From positions 13,780,359 to 13,844,358 of the forward strand of contig OZ316893.1 in the NCBI GenBank assembly GCA_973895155.1: 64,000 nucleotides of DNA, in the 5' to 3' direction. This document shows positions 17,486 through 30,554 of this stretch, one piece after another. Made by a program: the position numbers and the translations under genes. The notes under the pieces were generated by a model that saw only the letters and a list, made by a program, of their open reading frames with translations, was not told the origin of the DNA and did not search any database. This DNA comes from Marsupella aquatica. Taxonomy: Eukaryota > Plantae > Marchantiophyta. How positions within the stretch are numbered: the first letter of the stretch is position 1; each line of letters begins with the position of its first letter.

Positions 17486-17803
17486 GGAGCAATATGGAAC
17501 GAAAGAGAAGAAGAATGAGAGTACAGTATAAAAGGGAGAAGTCTTGGACACTTCCCCCTTTCATATGGCTATGGCTAGTGGGAGCAATATGGACCAAAAG
17601 TGAGAAGTCTTGGACACTTCCCCCTTTCATATGGCTATGGCTAGTGGGAGCAATATGGACCAAAAGGGAGAAGTCTTGGACACTTCCCCCTTTCATATGG
17701 CTATGGCTAGTGGGAGCAATATGGACCAAAAGAGGAGAAGAATGAGAGTACAGTAGAAAAAGGGAGAAGTCTTGGACACTTCCCCACTTTTATATGGCTA
17801 GTG
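17486..17803. repeat. 66-bp minisatellite, 3 near-identical copies plus partial copies
   Basis: AAAAGGGAGAAGTCTTGGACACTTCCCCCTTTCATATGGCTATGGCTAGTGGGAGCAATATGGACC at 17530, 17596 and 17662, partial at 17758. Confidence 0.95.
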
Positions 17804-18085
17804 GCGGCTTAAATGGGTTTCCAAACAGTTGTTTCTCATAAACTTCAGAGAGTACGTTCCAGTGGACATACTTTCCAAGAAAGGCCAGGACCTCAGGAGA
17901 AACCAAGCCCGCATCATGCTGCTGTCATGTGTAAAGCTTCCTGGAATTCAGGATGCTTTGACATGGAGTACTTCAAGAATGAACCCAAACCAACCTTAAT
18001 ACAGGTAGAAGGATTTTGCTATTTACAAACTTCCGATCCAAGACCATGCAGCGAGTTTGGAACGCTTCTTCCTGATGTCTTAAAT

Positions 18086-18196
18086 ACGTATTTGAGACAA
18101 CCGTCCTGACTCAATGGGAAATGCTATCAATGCTTTTTTCCCGTATTTGAGACAACCGTCACTCAAGGGGGCATGCTGTCAGTGCCTTTTTTCCCC
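18086..18196. repeat. ~55-bp tandem duplication downstream of the CBR1 stop
   Basis: CGTATTTGAGACAACCGTC...ACTCAA.GGG..ATGCT.TCA.TGC.TTTTTCCC occurs twice. Confidence 0.8.
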
Positions 18197-18359
18197 AAAT
18201 CGTTTTCTACTAAATGGAGAGAAATTCTATTCAATAGTGACTTCCAATAAGTTCTTTATGGAACTTAATGCTCGTGATCTTTAATTAAACTTACAGTTTT
18301 CGAAATTTGACTTGGAGAAAACTAATTCATTCAGGCTTGCTGATAAGTTGCTCTTGGTT

Positions 18360-20964
18360 TCAAAATTGAAACTGCATCTCCTTGGTGTATCCAAGAGCAT
18401 CTTTATGCGCTTGCATAGCCTTATTCATAGGAGGAGGTCCGCACCTTAAAATCTGCGGTACAAAATACTACTGGTAAGCAGTTTGCAGATAAGACATATA
18501 CTGGATGCCTAAATCAGGAGGTGAGGGGGTAAAGTCAGCCATAGTCTAGGCCCACCAGAAATCCAACCAAATGAAAAGTACTTAAAGCTTGCCCATGACT
18601 AGACCTACGAAGTGCATGCTATCTTACAATGTCCTGCTCCCTATTGGGCATCATGAACACCAAGTCATTACAACTGAACCATTACCTTAATATCCTCTGC
18701 AGGTGGAGGAAGATGTGTCTTAACCATGTCCATTGATACGAAACCAACACCACCTTCCCAGTCAGCCGGGGGCTGCATCACAAAAACAGGTAAGACACAA
18801 ACATAAGATGCTTTGACGCATAAGACAACCGGTCTTGTACAATTAGAGATAATGGAGTATTTCTGCCCCACTGTACATTTGATTTGTGCATGCTATTCAG
18901 CTATCCCCCAACCACAGCTCGCGAGATGTCATTATCTAAAGCTCAAAAGAACAGGAGGTGAGAGCTTTAGACAGTACCTCATTCAGGACATAATAAACTT
19001 TAAAGCGATCAGGATAGATCTTTGAGAAAGTATCAAGCTCCTCCTGGGACACAAAAATAAACAGATAATGAGCTTTAAAGCCGATCGATTGCACTTTTTC
19101 CCGATAACAAGACAGTCACCACACTGAGTCCCAAAACCTAACTTACATATTTCCAGATTTCGGGAACGACACGAAGAACTTGACAACAGCGACTGACCCT
19201 CGATCGTCATTGCAACACATGCAACATTGACATGGTCATATTTGCAATAAAGATATCACGGCTTAGCTAATTCGTAGATGCCAGGGCCCTATTTACGTTA
19301 TGACGCAGACATTGCTCTCTGAGCTTAAATAGCTGACCTTCAATAGAATGTCCTCAGCGGTAACATTTGCATATATCAGATGAATCTTCGTCTTATCTTT
19401 CGGATTCTCCAGAATTGCCCTCGCGACCTGTATCAGGAGCTTGCAAATAAGTAACTTGGAATTTCACGGATGTACATTTGGGGACCGACAGGACATGGGT
19501 ACCTAAATTGTTTCAACGGAGGTCTCGCACAAAATACGGGGCCAGAGTCGCCATCTACCTTCCGAAACCAACCTTTGATTCTGGGAACTGTTTTTATCAA
19601 GTTCAACAAGCAATACTGCAGTAATGATACCTGAAACATCGGGGTGATTCCAGTACCGCCCGCGAGCATTCCAAACGCTCTCACTTGATTTGGTGTATAT
19701 CGGAATCTTCCCTGCAGTCATGAGTAATTGCTAAGAAATGTCGGAATATCGTTACCAGAACCCACAATTCTTTACAAGTTAACCATTGCATCAGATAGAA
19801 AGTCGTCTGGATCAAATTCTTTTTGTCAGACTGTGTTGTGCTCATGCTCGAAGGATCGGGACAAAGATAACGCCGTTTTCTTAAACTGTCCTCAACTTCA
19901 ATTTTGCTTATTTTGATGGCCAATGTTTTGGATGCACAAGTGAGTTCCTATACTTCAAAATTTAAAACACTCACCTTAGGCCCCTTGGCTTCCAAGAAGT
20001 CCCCTTCGTTCATTCTGCCCAGATATCCTGACATTCGACCTTGAGCATAAACCTAGCACAGGTGAAAGTAGCAGGATTAAAAACAAAAGTTTCAATCTTA
20101 TACAATATCTACCAGTGCTCCTTTCCGATAATCATTTGCCTTGACGAAAAGAGACCGCAAGAATGAAGAGAAATTGCACCTTCACCACCAAATCAAAATG
20201 CCCCAAATCTGAGTCTAAGGTTGTGGGTGTGTAAGGCTTCATGACCTCCTCCCCCTCTAGATCTTTTCCCCTGCGAACCGCGAAAGCAGAATTCAGATAT
20301 AGATTCAATGTCCTGAGAATTCAATGAGGTGGCATCGAAGATATTAAAGATCAAAACTATTATAAGTCCAAAGAGGACTAGACAGCACTTCTCTACCTGC
20401 AGCTGACATGTTGCCCAATGGGAAGGCCGAGGACAGAGGTCGGAGTTGGCAAATCAAAGCGAAGCTTTACGACGTTGTGGCTCACTTGGATCTTCTTTGA
20501 TAGCTTGAACTTTTTCCATTCATTCGGGTCAAGGACGGCTGCTCCCACCACCAACACAAGGTCAGAATGAACTTGGGGCGATTTCAAGTGTCCTTCGATA
20601 TTCCTCAGCACAGTTTGGTAGGTGTGGTCAAAAGCACACCAACCAAACTTCCAATGCAGCATGGCTGACAACCTTCATATTGCTAGATTGAGGAAGATAC
20701 GACGAAGTACCAGAAAACAACCTCAAGGGTAAGAGCAGAGGAGAGGAGAGATTTGTAGCGAAAATCCTCTTTGGAGCCGTTGACTCATCATTGCGAGTCA
20801 CAAAAAATCAGAATTAAAGAGTGTGAGAAAGACGACGTACTCTTTTTGCGAAGCACGAGGAAGAAATACGCCGATCCGGCCAAGACTGCCACCAGAGCCA
20901 CGGCCAGACCCGCCTGCGTTGCCGGATCATCCAGAAAAGAACTTCCTGCTTCGGACGATGCCAT
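18360..20964 (-). CDS. CBR1: NADH-cytochrome b5 reductase 1, 283 aa, N-terminal membrane anchor
   Basis: Exons (minus): 20964-20841, 20538-20397, 20270-20180, 20052-19975, 19711-19631, 19427-19338, 19043-18978, 18772-18686, 18452-18360. Motifs: [70 protein letters not shown], terminal QFQF*. Confidence 0.96.
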
Positions 20965-21059
20965 CTTTCCTTCCTGAGACGGACAGACAGACACTGCTGC
21001 CTAACGTCTCCCCCGCGCTTCGCTTGTAGTTGCCTCCTGCCGTTTCTTCGCCTGTAGGG

Positions 21060-21195
21060 CTCAAGAGCAAGAACCACTCTCTGCCTCAAAACTCAAAACT
21101 CAAGAGCAAGCACTTCTCTCTGCCTTAAAACTCAAAATTGAAAGCTCAAGCTCAAGCTCAAGTAAGCACCACTCCCTGCCCAAAACTCAAAACCC
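21060..21195. repeat. Three ~40-bp repeats in the CBR1 5' leader or promoter
   Basis: CTCAAG..AAG.AC.(A/T)CTC.CTGCC..AAAACTCAAAA at ~21060, 21099 and 21157. Confidence 0.8.
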
Positions 21196-21727
21196 AGAAG
21201 CGCAACTCACGTCGGTGATCGAATGCCTCGACTTCTCGAGCAATTCTCGATCACTTCTGGTTGAGCACGAGAGGAAGACCAGTGGTTGGGAAGACAACTT
21301 TTAGGCGCATGGCGCGACCAAAACAGTGCTGGCCGGCGGAACACCGTCCGTTCTGCTACGGTGCTCTCCTCCGAGGGTGCGGTGCACGAGAGTTGAATGC
21401 GACGAGATCGACCGTTCGTTCACAATCTGACGGGTTAAGAGGGGCCCATTTTCTTTCGGCACACAGAGCAGTTCCGCAGTTCTTTGAGCATCATTCTTGC
21501 GTTGAAAATACCGCACTGCCTTGACAATTACGTAGTGCCATCAAGGACGAGAATATGCCTTTAAAAAAAAGGTCAAAATCTGTAGGTGAACCCCACTTTT
21601 GGATGGGATATGTGTTCAAAAAGATTTGAATATCTCCAGCTGGATTGGATATAGCATGTTCATCATGGAACATGTGATATTTTGTCTTGTAATGATATGT
21701 GAGTGAATCAATAAAAGAGTAGAACTA

Positions 21728-21908
21728 GAATAAGACATACAAAGAAAAGCACATAATGACCAATAAAAAAGGACAAATAAAAATACAGTCATGATCAACT
21801 AAAAGTACAGTCAAGAATAAGACATGACATGTAAAGAAAAGCACATAATGACCAATAAAAAAGGACAAATAAAAAATACAGTCAATGACCAACTAAAAGT
21901 ACAGTCAG
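21728..21908. repeat. ~93-bp A-rich tandem duplication
   Basis: AAAGAAAAGCACATAATGACCAATAAAAAAGGACAAATAAAAATACAGTCA...AACTAAAAGTACAGTCA occurs twice. Confidence 0.85.
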
Positions 21909-24900
21909 GTGCTATGACATAAAGACACCAGTATGTGTGCACTTAATTCAATTTGCCTTATTAATGACACCCAATTCAATAAAAACCATAAACTTAGTGA
22001 AGAAAGTCATGAGTGAAACTTAAGACACCATGTGTTCGTGTTTAATTAGAATCATTGTTCTCTCAAAAGAGAAAATTAAGAGGGCTGCCAAAATGAGTTC
22101 AAAATGATACCAAAATTTAAAGGGGTTAAAAAAATTCACATATCATTACAAGACAAAATATCAAGCATTATATTTTGTATTATTTTGTATTATTTTGTCA
22201 TTGAGCTGGTGACTGCACCTTTTTTTCCCAGGCTTTTGCCCTAACAGCAAGCCGGGGATCTTCCACTGCCTCCATAGCTCAAATGACACCTTTCAAAGTC
22301 CCCCCTTCCCTGCTAGCTCATGCCTAAAAGCAAGACCTGGCCCAAGTTTTGGCCTTGTTTTCTGGCGGTCAGCAGCCCGGATACCTTTCAAGATACCCAA
22401 ACTTTGAGACACCCTAATGGGTAGGCCTGCCCCACTTTCTCATTTTTTTGAAACAAAAGGCTGTATACCAAGTGAGAAGGCAGGACCACCCAAGCAACAA
22501 AAAAACACCAGCCTTAAAAGGACCAAGGGAGAGGCAAGCCCCACCCCAAACAACAAGGTCAATAAGGCCAAAGAGCCCAAAAATACCAGCAGTCCATGCT
22601 ATCCCCCGAGTGCCATTAGTCTGCCATTGATCCATGTCTGGGTCAGTTCCCAATATCTCTTACACCTAGACAACAGGAACGGGAAGCAGCCTCCCTAATT
22701 GCTCGGCCTAAGAGCATTGGTTAGCCTGGAAGATGCCTCTTGTCCTTATTCCCGGGATCAAGCAAAAGATTAATAATAATTGACTGACTAACTACAGTAA
22801 ATATTTTAGAGTGCTTGATACCTCAAAAGAATTTTGAGATATAGATATTGGTAAGAATGTTCTAAGCATCTTGTGTTGTTTACTGACTTTTCAGTGTTGT
22901 TTTTAAAGTTAAAAACTGAACCAGGAGAAATCACATTTTGGCAGTATGTTATTTCTTTGGATTTAACAGTAATTAATTATTCCATGCCGGTCCTTCGGGA
23001 ACAGGGACACTACAGTAAGTCCAAGTTCTGTTTGCTTCCCCGCTTGCGGTCATGTGCTGGATGGGATCTTCATCCAAACCTTTGAATGCGGATGGGATCC
23101 CCAAAATACTCTTTTCTGAGAATCAAACACATTTACTCTAGATCTATGTCATCCTAGTAGCAATACGTCGATCTCATCCAAAGCTTAAGAATCATATCCA
23201 GTCAAAGGTTTCAGGATGAGGATCCTTTCCAACTTATAGCTCTCATTGATGGAGAATTGCTTTTGGGTTTGTTTTCTTCCTTGTAGTAAAGATTCAGTCA
23301 GTGCGAGAAAAAAAAGGAACTTAAAGTTCTGAGAAATCAGAACATTTGATAAGATGCTCAGATGGACCATGGCAACACACATGCATGAACCATTTTGAAA
23401 TATCATTCTTCATTTCAATAACACCTTCAATTAAATAACACGGTTTCATTGTATAAATGCTCACTTATTTGAGATGCTTGAAAATGTCTGGTCGATTGGA
23501 GTCTGAAGTCACATGTTATGGGTCCATCCTGGGGTCCATCTGAGAGTACGAATGGAGGCCACCAGACAGGGGGATGTCCCTGCAAAGGAGCAACCCACAC
23601 AAGGGATCAAAGGACAAGTGTCAGCCCTAAGGACGCAAGGCCCCATGTCAAGTGGGACCACAGGTTGTTCTCATGTGTTGCGTCAAAATAATGTAGTCTT
23701 CACATCCTATTGAACGTTTCAGTCGGGGAGGGGGGGGCGGACAAGGGCTAAGCCGCCAATGGGCCAGAGATATCTCTCTCCAGAATTGATTCCGGACCCC
23801 CATGGGAAGAACCTTCCAAAATTCCTGGAAACACATGCTGCCACATCAGTACTATTGGTCACAAACAAGAACATAGTAATGCAGGAAGAACCAAATGTGA
23901 TTTCATGTTTGAGGCAAGGCAAAGAAAAACAGTTAGACCCCGCAACTATAAAAACAGCGGAAAACTGAAAAGAAACACTTCAAATAAACAAAGAAATAGG
24001 TAAAACAAGGGTAAAAGAAAATAATCTTTGGAGTGGGTTGTCATTGATATATCAGTGTTTTTTGGTACATTATTTGGATTTTCTATTCGGTTGGCAAACT
24101 TTAACAACCATGGGTAGGAAGAAACTCTTCAGTTTCTATGGTAAAATAAGAAACTCTTTGGCTACTTTGGACATAGGAATACCAAAAGAATGTAAGAAAC
24201 CCTTTGGTTACCATGGGAATACCAAGGGAATGCAAGCAACCCCTTGGTTACTTTAACATTTTGCATTGACTATATGAAATGTCATATGGGGTGTATGGAC
24301 ATATGAGCTTGCATAGGTTCCCAGGGAACGCTTGGACTGGGCATGAACAGTCTCCTCTTTTTGTACTCTCATCACCATCAAACCTATTTCAAGATGCAAC
24401 ACTTCATAGCTCCAACTTGATGATTAATGTCAAACTTAAATAACCAAGGAGTCCTCAAACTATTTTTGAGAGATATTTGGGTAGCTAAGAATGGAATTCT
24501 AAGGTTGGACAATGGGATCTCCCATGCCCTTAAGCTAGGATAGAATCCCAAAGTGCTCTTTGCCTGTCAGTAAATCTTGGGGACTCTAAATTTGTGCCGT
24601 TCTAGTCAAATTTTACATTTCCAATTATCCATTGGAAACTTTGAATTCCGTCCAATGAAATTGGTTGGGATGGAGAGCCCATCCAAGCTTATAACTCACC
24701 TTGAATGAGTGTGTTTGAACCTCAAGAATTGCATCCAGGTCAATTAGTGATGCTAGCTCGTTGTCAATCCCAATGTTTGGATTTACATAGTAATCTTCAT
24801 AGCATTGTGGTGAAAATTATTACTCAACTATGCCAGTAGGACACCCAATCAACTGATACAACTAACAGGGTGTGACTAGTGAAAGAAAATATCCATCAGA

Positions 24901-26482
24901 TCTGACAAAATGTGGATTTTTTTCTGAGAATATCTACCCTTCTTGATGTCTTGGACCGGACCTGGTCAGAAACTGTGCACAGGTGATTGTTAGATTTGCT
25001 TTCACTTGCATTGATCACTTACTAACTCCATCAAGTTTGCTGGCCAAATAAATTGTTTGTTGTCCTTACAGATCTCCACCGGTCTGGTGGCCGACGGTCC
25101 CAAACAATAGAAATAGAGGTGCATGTAAGGGCATGGAGATGGCAATGTCTCTATCGACAGCCCACAACCTCACCAAACCACCCTAAACCCTAAACTGAAC
25201 TCCATTCCTCAAATTGTGTGTGTGCGGCTTTGAATGTACTATACAAATGGATTTGGATGTGGCTTTTCTGCAGCTACTGACAATGGAGGTGGTTTGGCAA
25301 CCACCTTTATTTCTAAAACTGACGGCAACAGTTTAGATTAGAAAGTGGATTCATTCTGATTAATTTTAGATGTGGGTTACCGGTGAGGACTGGGCAATTG
25401 CCAAATTTCTCTCCCTCTTGTTCATTTGGCTACTAGTGACTGAAAAGGAGCACAGGTGGAGATGCGTTTATGTGCCCTAAAAGCCTCTTACAGTACAACT
25501 GGAAATTTTATTTTTATTATGAAGGGACCCAACAGGTAAGGCTTCATTGCACAAAAAGAATCCACTGGGGTTTACAAAGCCTATGACTGGACCCTGCTGT
25601 CAGGTGAGGCAGAAACTCAGCAAACAACAGTGTCCTCCAGTTCTAAAAGGTAAAGCCAATGAAGAGACCACAGGGCAAGCATTCTTCAGTCACAGAAAAT
25701 GGACTCTCAAAGTACACAAAGAGCTGTGACCAGAAAATTAGAACAAAAGAACATAGTCCCAGCAGAACAAATTTTCCCTTTCCCATCCTTCTAGTTTAGT
25801 TGCAAATGGCCAAGGCCCTTTCCCATCTATCGAATTCGAGTGCGAATGGTGAGGCTGCTGGTTTTAGGTCTTAGACAAGTTCCTCTTTGTGGTCCTCCTA
25901 TGCAATTTACTCCTGAGTTTTTCCAGGCTATTCAGTTACTCAGTAGGGTTTTAGTTCTTTTGCCAGTATCGGGGACACTCAGGCTTTTTGGCTTGTTATC
26001 TTCCTGGGGTTTTCCCTTGTTTTCTCCCCTTTGTTGTGTTTCTGGTTTGTGGATCCTGTCTCCTTGGTTGGCACTTTCTGGTCTATGGAGTGTGATAAAT
26101 AGCGCAAAGAATGCACCAAGTCCAAAGAATGCACTAAACCCTGGTGACAAACTGACTCAACTTATGCCCAAACAGTGGGAATACGATAAGACCCAGGTCC
26201 TTCCTTATCTTTACTTGCATCAACCATTTTACTAGAAGAGGGTACAGATTTCATCTTAACTATCTCCCCCATTCCCCTAAAGAATGGGGAACAAAAGGCA
26301 GAGAGAAGCAAAGTGTCTCACTCCATTTCTCCAGCTTTTCCCTCTTCTGGACTCCCCAGCTATCTCAATCCTTCTTTGAGTAAGACGAGCCTGAATGGGC
26401 ATTCTTTGAATCTTAATTGAAAAATGATGACATGAAAAATCATTCTGCTTTGTTATCCACATATACTTTGATGGGGCCCTAG

Positions 26483-26650
26483 AGTCATGGTCTAGAGGTT
26501 TTCACCCTAGAATCCTAGACTTCAACTCTAGGTTTGCATTGCAATTTGTTAGTAAGATGGGAGCTATCATTTGGGCTGCTAAATGGTCACAAACTTTCGT
26601 TTGACGTGGGGGTTTCCATGCTCTCACTTTTGACGTGGTCCTTTCCACTA
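26483..26650 (+). repeat. Short dispersed repeat family copy
   Basis: Similar to 4400-4477 (reverse) and 53417-53540; shares TGACGTGGTCCTTTC with the latter. Confidence 0.65.
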
Positions 26651-27333
26651 ACAATCTCCCCAACACCGTGTTTTTGCCCACGATATCTTCTTAAGGCGGT
26701 AACACATTTCTGTAGATATAAATTAAATTGAAGCCAACCGTATCAAGAGTATCCATCCAATTCTCACCTTCAGAACCAGGGAATCGTCAGGTTCTTTCCT
26801 AGCCCAACTTGGTGGAACTTTTCCTTCTTCAGAACTACGGACAATTTCATGAGTCTCTTACGAGCTCAAACTTTGTGAATTGTACATGGCTGCTCGTTTG
26901 AACACATCGTGGATCGACCCTGTGTGTAAAACGAGTACAAAAAACAAATTTCCTTTCCACTCAGCCAGAAACCTCTCAAGTGTTCCACTTTCGCTTGCAG
27001 GTTTCAACTTGACTAGAAACAGCCGTTGAACAGGAACGGCTGTTGCTAATCGAGAGAAATTGTAGTCACCCCTGCAAATTCAGAAAGACTTGAAACTACC
27101 CTGCAAGCGGTGAACTCGTGAGGACCAGCACTAACAATTTTCGACAATTCACTGTGTGCGGCGATAAGACCAGCTCAGTACCTCATATCACAAAGATATC
27201 CAAGGCCTTATCCAACACCATTGTATAGTTAACACTGGCTCCCATAAATATCTTCATAAGACAAACATCCATTCGGCTTCCTTGTTGTCTCATTGTGGTT
27301 AAGAAACCAGTTCCACACATCAACCACCCTCTC

Positions 27334-27337
<4 letters not shown>

Positions 27338-27380
<43 letters not shown>
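27338..27380. repeat. (CT)n microsatellite downstream of the ENSA stop
   Basis: About 20 perfect CT units. Confidence 0.95.
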
Positions 27381-27381
<1 letters not shown>

Positions 27382-27509
27382 CCTTTCTACAAACTTTTCC
27401 TACTCTGTGCAAACCTGCAAGAAAGGATGTTTTGCACCCTTGTCGCTGAAATTATTATAACATCAGGAACATATGAAGAATCTATGTCAATTCTGCTGTC
27501 CATGCTGAG

Positions 27510-29814
27510 CTAGTTCGGTGTAGATTCACCCTCAGCTGCAGAACCTGGCTCCCCTTCTGCAAATCAAAATTGGGCACAAACATCATCAGCTCCAATTCTA
27601 CCCACTGCTCGTTTTATATCACAGACTGGATTCCAAAGGACAACATCGAATAATTATGCTCATACTTCGGGGTCGACAAGGGTTGACATGGTGAAATCCG
27701 CCATCCCAGACTGCTCGCTCAGGTGAGTATACTTTGCTGACTACAGTCGTATTGCCAGAATTCCATGATGCAAGGTGTCCGTTATGGGTTAACCTTTACA
27801 TTTTGTTTAACATACTCCAGCTAAAATGAATCTTTGGTATCATCCGCATTGTGGCCCGTGAGATCCAGTGTGGGACACGTTTCCTGGAACCTCAGCTTTG
27901 CCTGGCTTGACTTATCTTTTGCCTTTGCGAACCTTTAGAGGAGTGCAGACCTTTACGGCAATCACTGGTTGCATAGCAATGTACCCTAGTCCTTGAAGTC
28001 AGCTCTGACTTAAAAGTTTGTAAAATGATTAACCTGGTGAGAACAGTGTAGAACCAGACATTCTACTGTTTTAGTAACCCTCAGCATGCAAGCAGCTGGA
28101 GAATGGGTGACAAGTCGCTTACTTTCCAGTCAACCATTCTTACCTTCTCCATCGGGAGCAACGTAAGACGACCGTCTTGCTGGGAGCGGTTGATGTGGAG
28201 TTGGCTACCATACAAAAGAAGGTCAGCAATATGCCCCAGAACTGCTCAAAGCAACTCCTATAAGCGTCCTACTGGTCAGGTTAGAAACATCCCTCTCATT
28301 TGCATATATAGAACACATAATGTCAGTCGGAAGAGAGAATAACAGCTATGGTATTGAATCATTCCATTACAGAGGTTTCGACAACAAGGATATGCAGCAA
28401 ATTTGCAGAAACCGGCAATAAATCGGACAAGGCATTTCTCTGCAGTAGCTAACCTGCAACTTGGGTCGGAGAGCTTCCATTGAGCTCCGCGGTTTGGCAC
28501 CGCTAAGGAGGGGGTTTGGAGGTGCTCCTTGCTGTACATGATCAGGCAAGATGAGAAATTCAGTAACAACTGGCTTGTCAGCCATCAATCTAAGTGTCCT
28601 GTAAGTGTAGATAGATAGCTCATTCTGCCGGAAGATGCACTGAGACTCTAGATAGACTCTCCTCTCTAGCATTTGACTTTCGAGTCAACTCTCACTTCCA
28701 TGGCCCTATTAAGTTCCGGTCACAGGATCTCCATTCTTTCTTTCTCGCTGTCGTTCTCTAGGTTATTCAGTGAAGGACTTATCGGGGCGGTTCCTGCAAC
28801 GACAAGCTTCATACCCTGCAGGAATTCAGAGCAGCCTGATCCGGAGTGCTGTGCTAACCTTCCCTAGAGCCCAGTCTGCAGAATCAAAAAAGGCACGCTC
28901 GTGATCCTGCACAAAGACATATCCAGGAAAACACCACATTATCGAACTGTAATAACGCTCAGTAAAACGGAAGCGACAGTGGCAGGAAGTGACGTCTAAA
29001 GTAGCTATACAAATACCGGCTCCTAGTGGGAAGTATTAAATTTATATAATTCAACGCGCCACGAAACTAGCCCATAACACGTAAACCCTTGCTGTCACTG
29101 TACATTTGCAAGAGCAATACCTTTGAAATTAGAGGTGGCTTTTTCGGAATTCGACCGCCATACTTCTTCTTCAGCATGGCCTCCTTCAATGGCAAAACAA
29201 GGACGAATAATGAGACCTGATTACCGATAATATCCAAACATCTGAATACTGTACGTTTTCTGACTACAAAGCCGGGAAGAAGAATTGCAAACTCAGACAT
29301 ACGGCCGGGAAGAAGAATTGCAACTTGGAAAGCTATCCAATTCGCCACCATTCGACCAATTGATTTCAATCCCCAAAAATGGTCCACATAATATTATTGA
29401 GACGGATGGGAGATGATAATCATATTCTCGACAGCTTATGCAGACCTCGCCTTACAATCTCATAATCTAATGCTCTGATACCGAACTTTTAGCCATACAC
29501 AACAACACAGTCCCCCCAACGCGCACACAGATCCTTTCAAACAAAAATACGAAAAAGCTGAATCAGGAGGTATCCAAATCAATCATACCGTTCATAACCT
29601 TTAAATTTGAGACAACAACCCGTTGGTCCGGATCTCAGATGGCCCAATTCGGAGGAGCAGATTCCATATAATCGCAATGAGAGGACCATATAGCAAATAG
29701 CATAAGAATCAGAGATTGCACCTAAAAGGGTACCTGCTCTTGCGGTGTGGGCGACATTTCCTCATCTTCGGAGCGGTGAGCCTCCTGACCACTCCCGGCA
29801 CCACCGCCAGACAT
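27510..29814 (-). CDS. ENSA: Endosulfine/ARPP-19 (cAMP-regulated phosphoprotein 19-like) family protein, 125 aa
   Basis: Exons (minus): 29814-29734, 29183-29121, 28906-28859, 28531-28454, 28204-28144, 27556-27510. Spliced protein has EQEAMLKKKYGGRIPKKPPLISKDHERAFFDSADWALGKQ...EALRPKLQPTPHQ; FDSADW is the endosulfine hallmark. The last exon is the least certain. Confidence 0.92.
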
Positions 29815-30554
29815 AGGATTGAAGTTTAATCAACCACTTTCTGAACAGCTCAGTGACGCAGAGATCACGAGGCAGGCGAGCGATTGGGTGATCAGCTAGA
29901 TCTTCAAAAGTGTTGCCTGCCCGCAAAACCGAAATTATCAAAAAAGTAAATTCCCGAACGAAGGTGAGGGCTCTCCCGAACGAAATTGTCGTCTCGCCGG
30001 CCGCAGGGCCCTTGTCCGCAGGGACAGGGGCAGGGAAAGAAACCGGGAGAGATTATGCAAATTCTTAAATTCTTTCCAATTGCTTGATCGACGGCGATGA
30101 CCGAGAACTCCGGTTCCCCAAAGACGTGCGAGTAAACTGCAACCCTAAACTGCATATGCCATCAATGCAAAACAAATTCCAGCAATTTAGATGTCAAATT
30201 TCGAGGATCACAGAATGCTGTGCACAGCTAGTGTGCGTAAGGGAAAGATTTCCTTGCGCAGCTTGAGAAAATGCTTAACATAGCAGTGGCAAACGAAATG
30301 AACGAGACAGAGTCTTAGTAGAGCTAACAAAATGCTGCAGAGGAGCTCCAACAAAATGCTTAAACCTGGTTGCGAACAAATTGGACAACTTGGAGGACCC
30401 AAACGAGCGCTCCCGAAGACTGAGCGAGTAATGCTAGCGCACTGAATTAAGGAACATACTCTTGTTGCGTGCTCTGATCTTCGAGGGGAGGGATCGAAGC
30501 CTCGATATTACGCACTAGTAGTCTTTCAACCTCTCTAGGCTTCTCCGCCTTTCT

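Noticed and set aside
17486-17803. Regularly spaced repeats resembling a CRISPR array
   Set aside because: Units are contiguous with no unique spacers, there are no cas genes, and the context is eukaryotic.
27890-27935. Possible alternative ENSA terminal exon (GSQRQKISQARQS*)
   Set aside because: Weak acceptor and no recognisable homology; the exon at 27556 has a better splice context.
30475-30515. T-arm-like GCTTCGATCC suggesting a tRNA
   Set aside because: No acceptor stem, D-arm or anticodon arm could be built.
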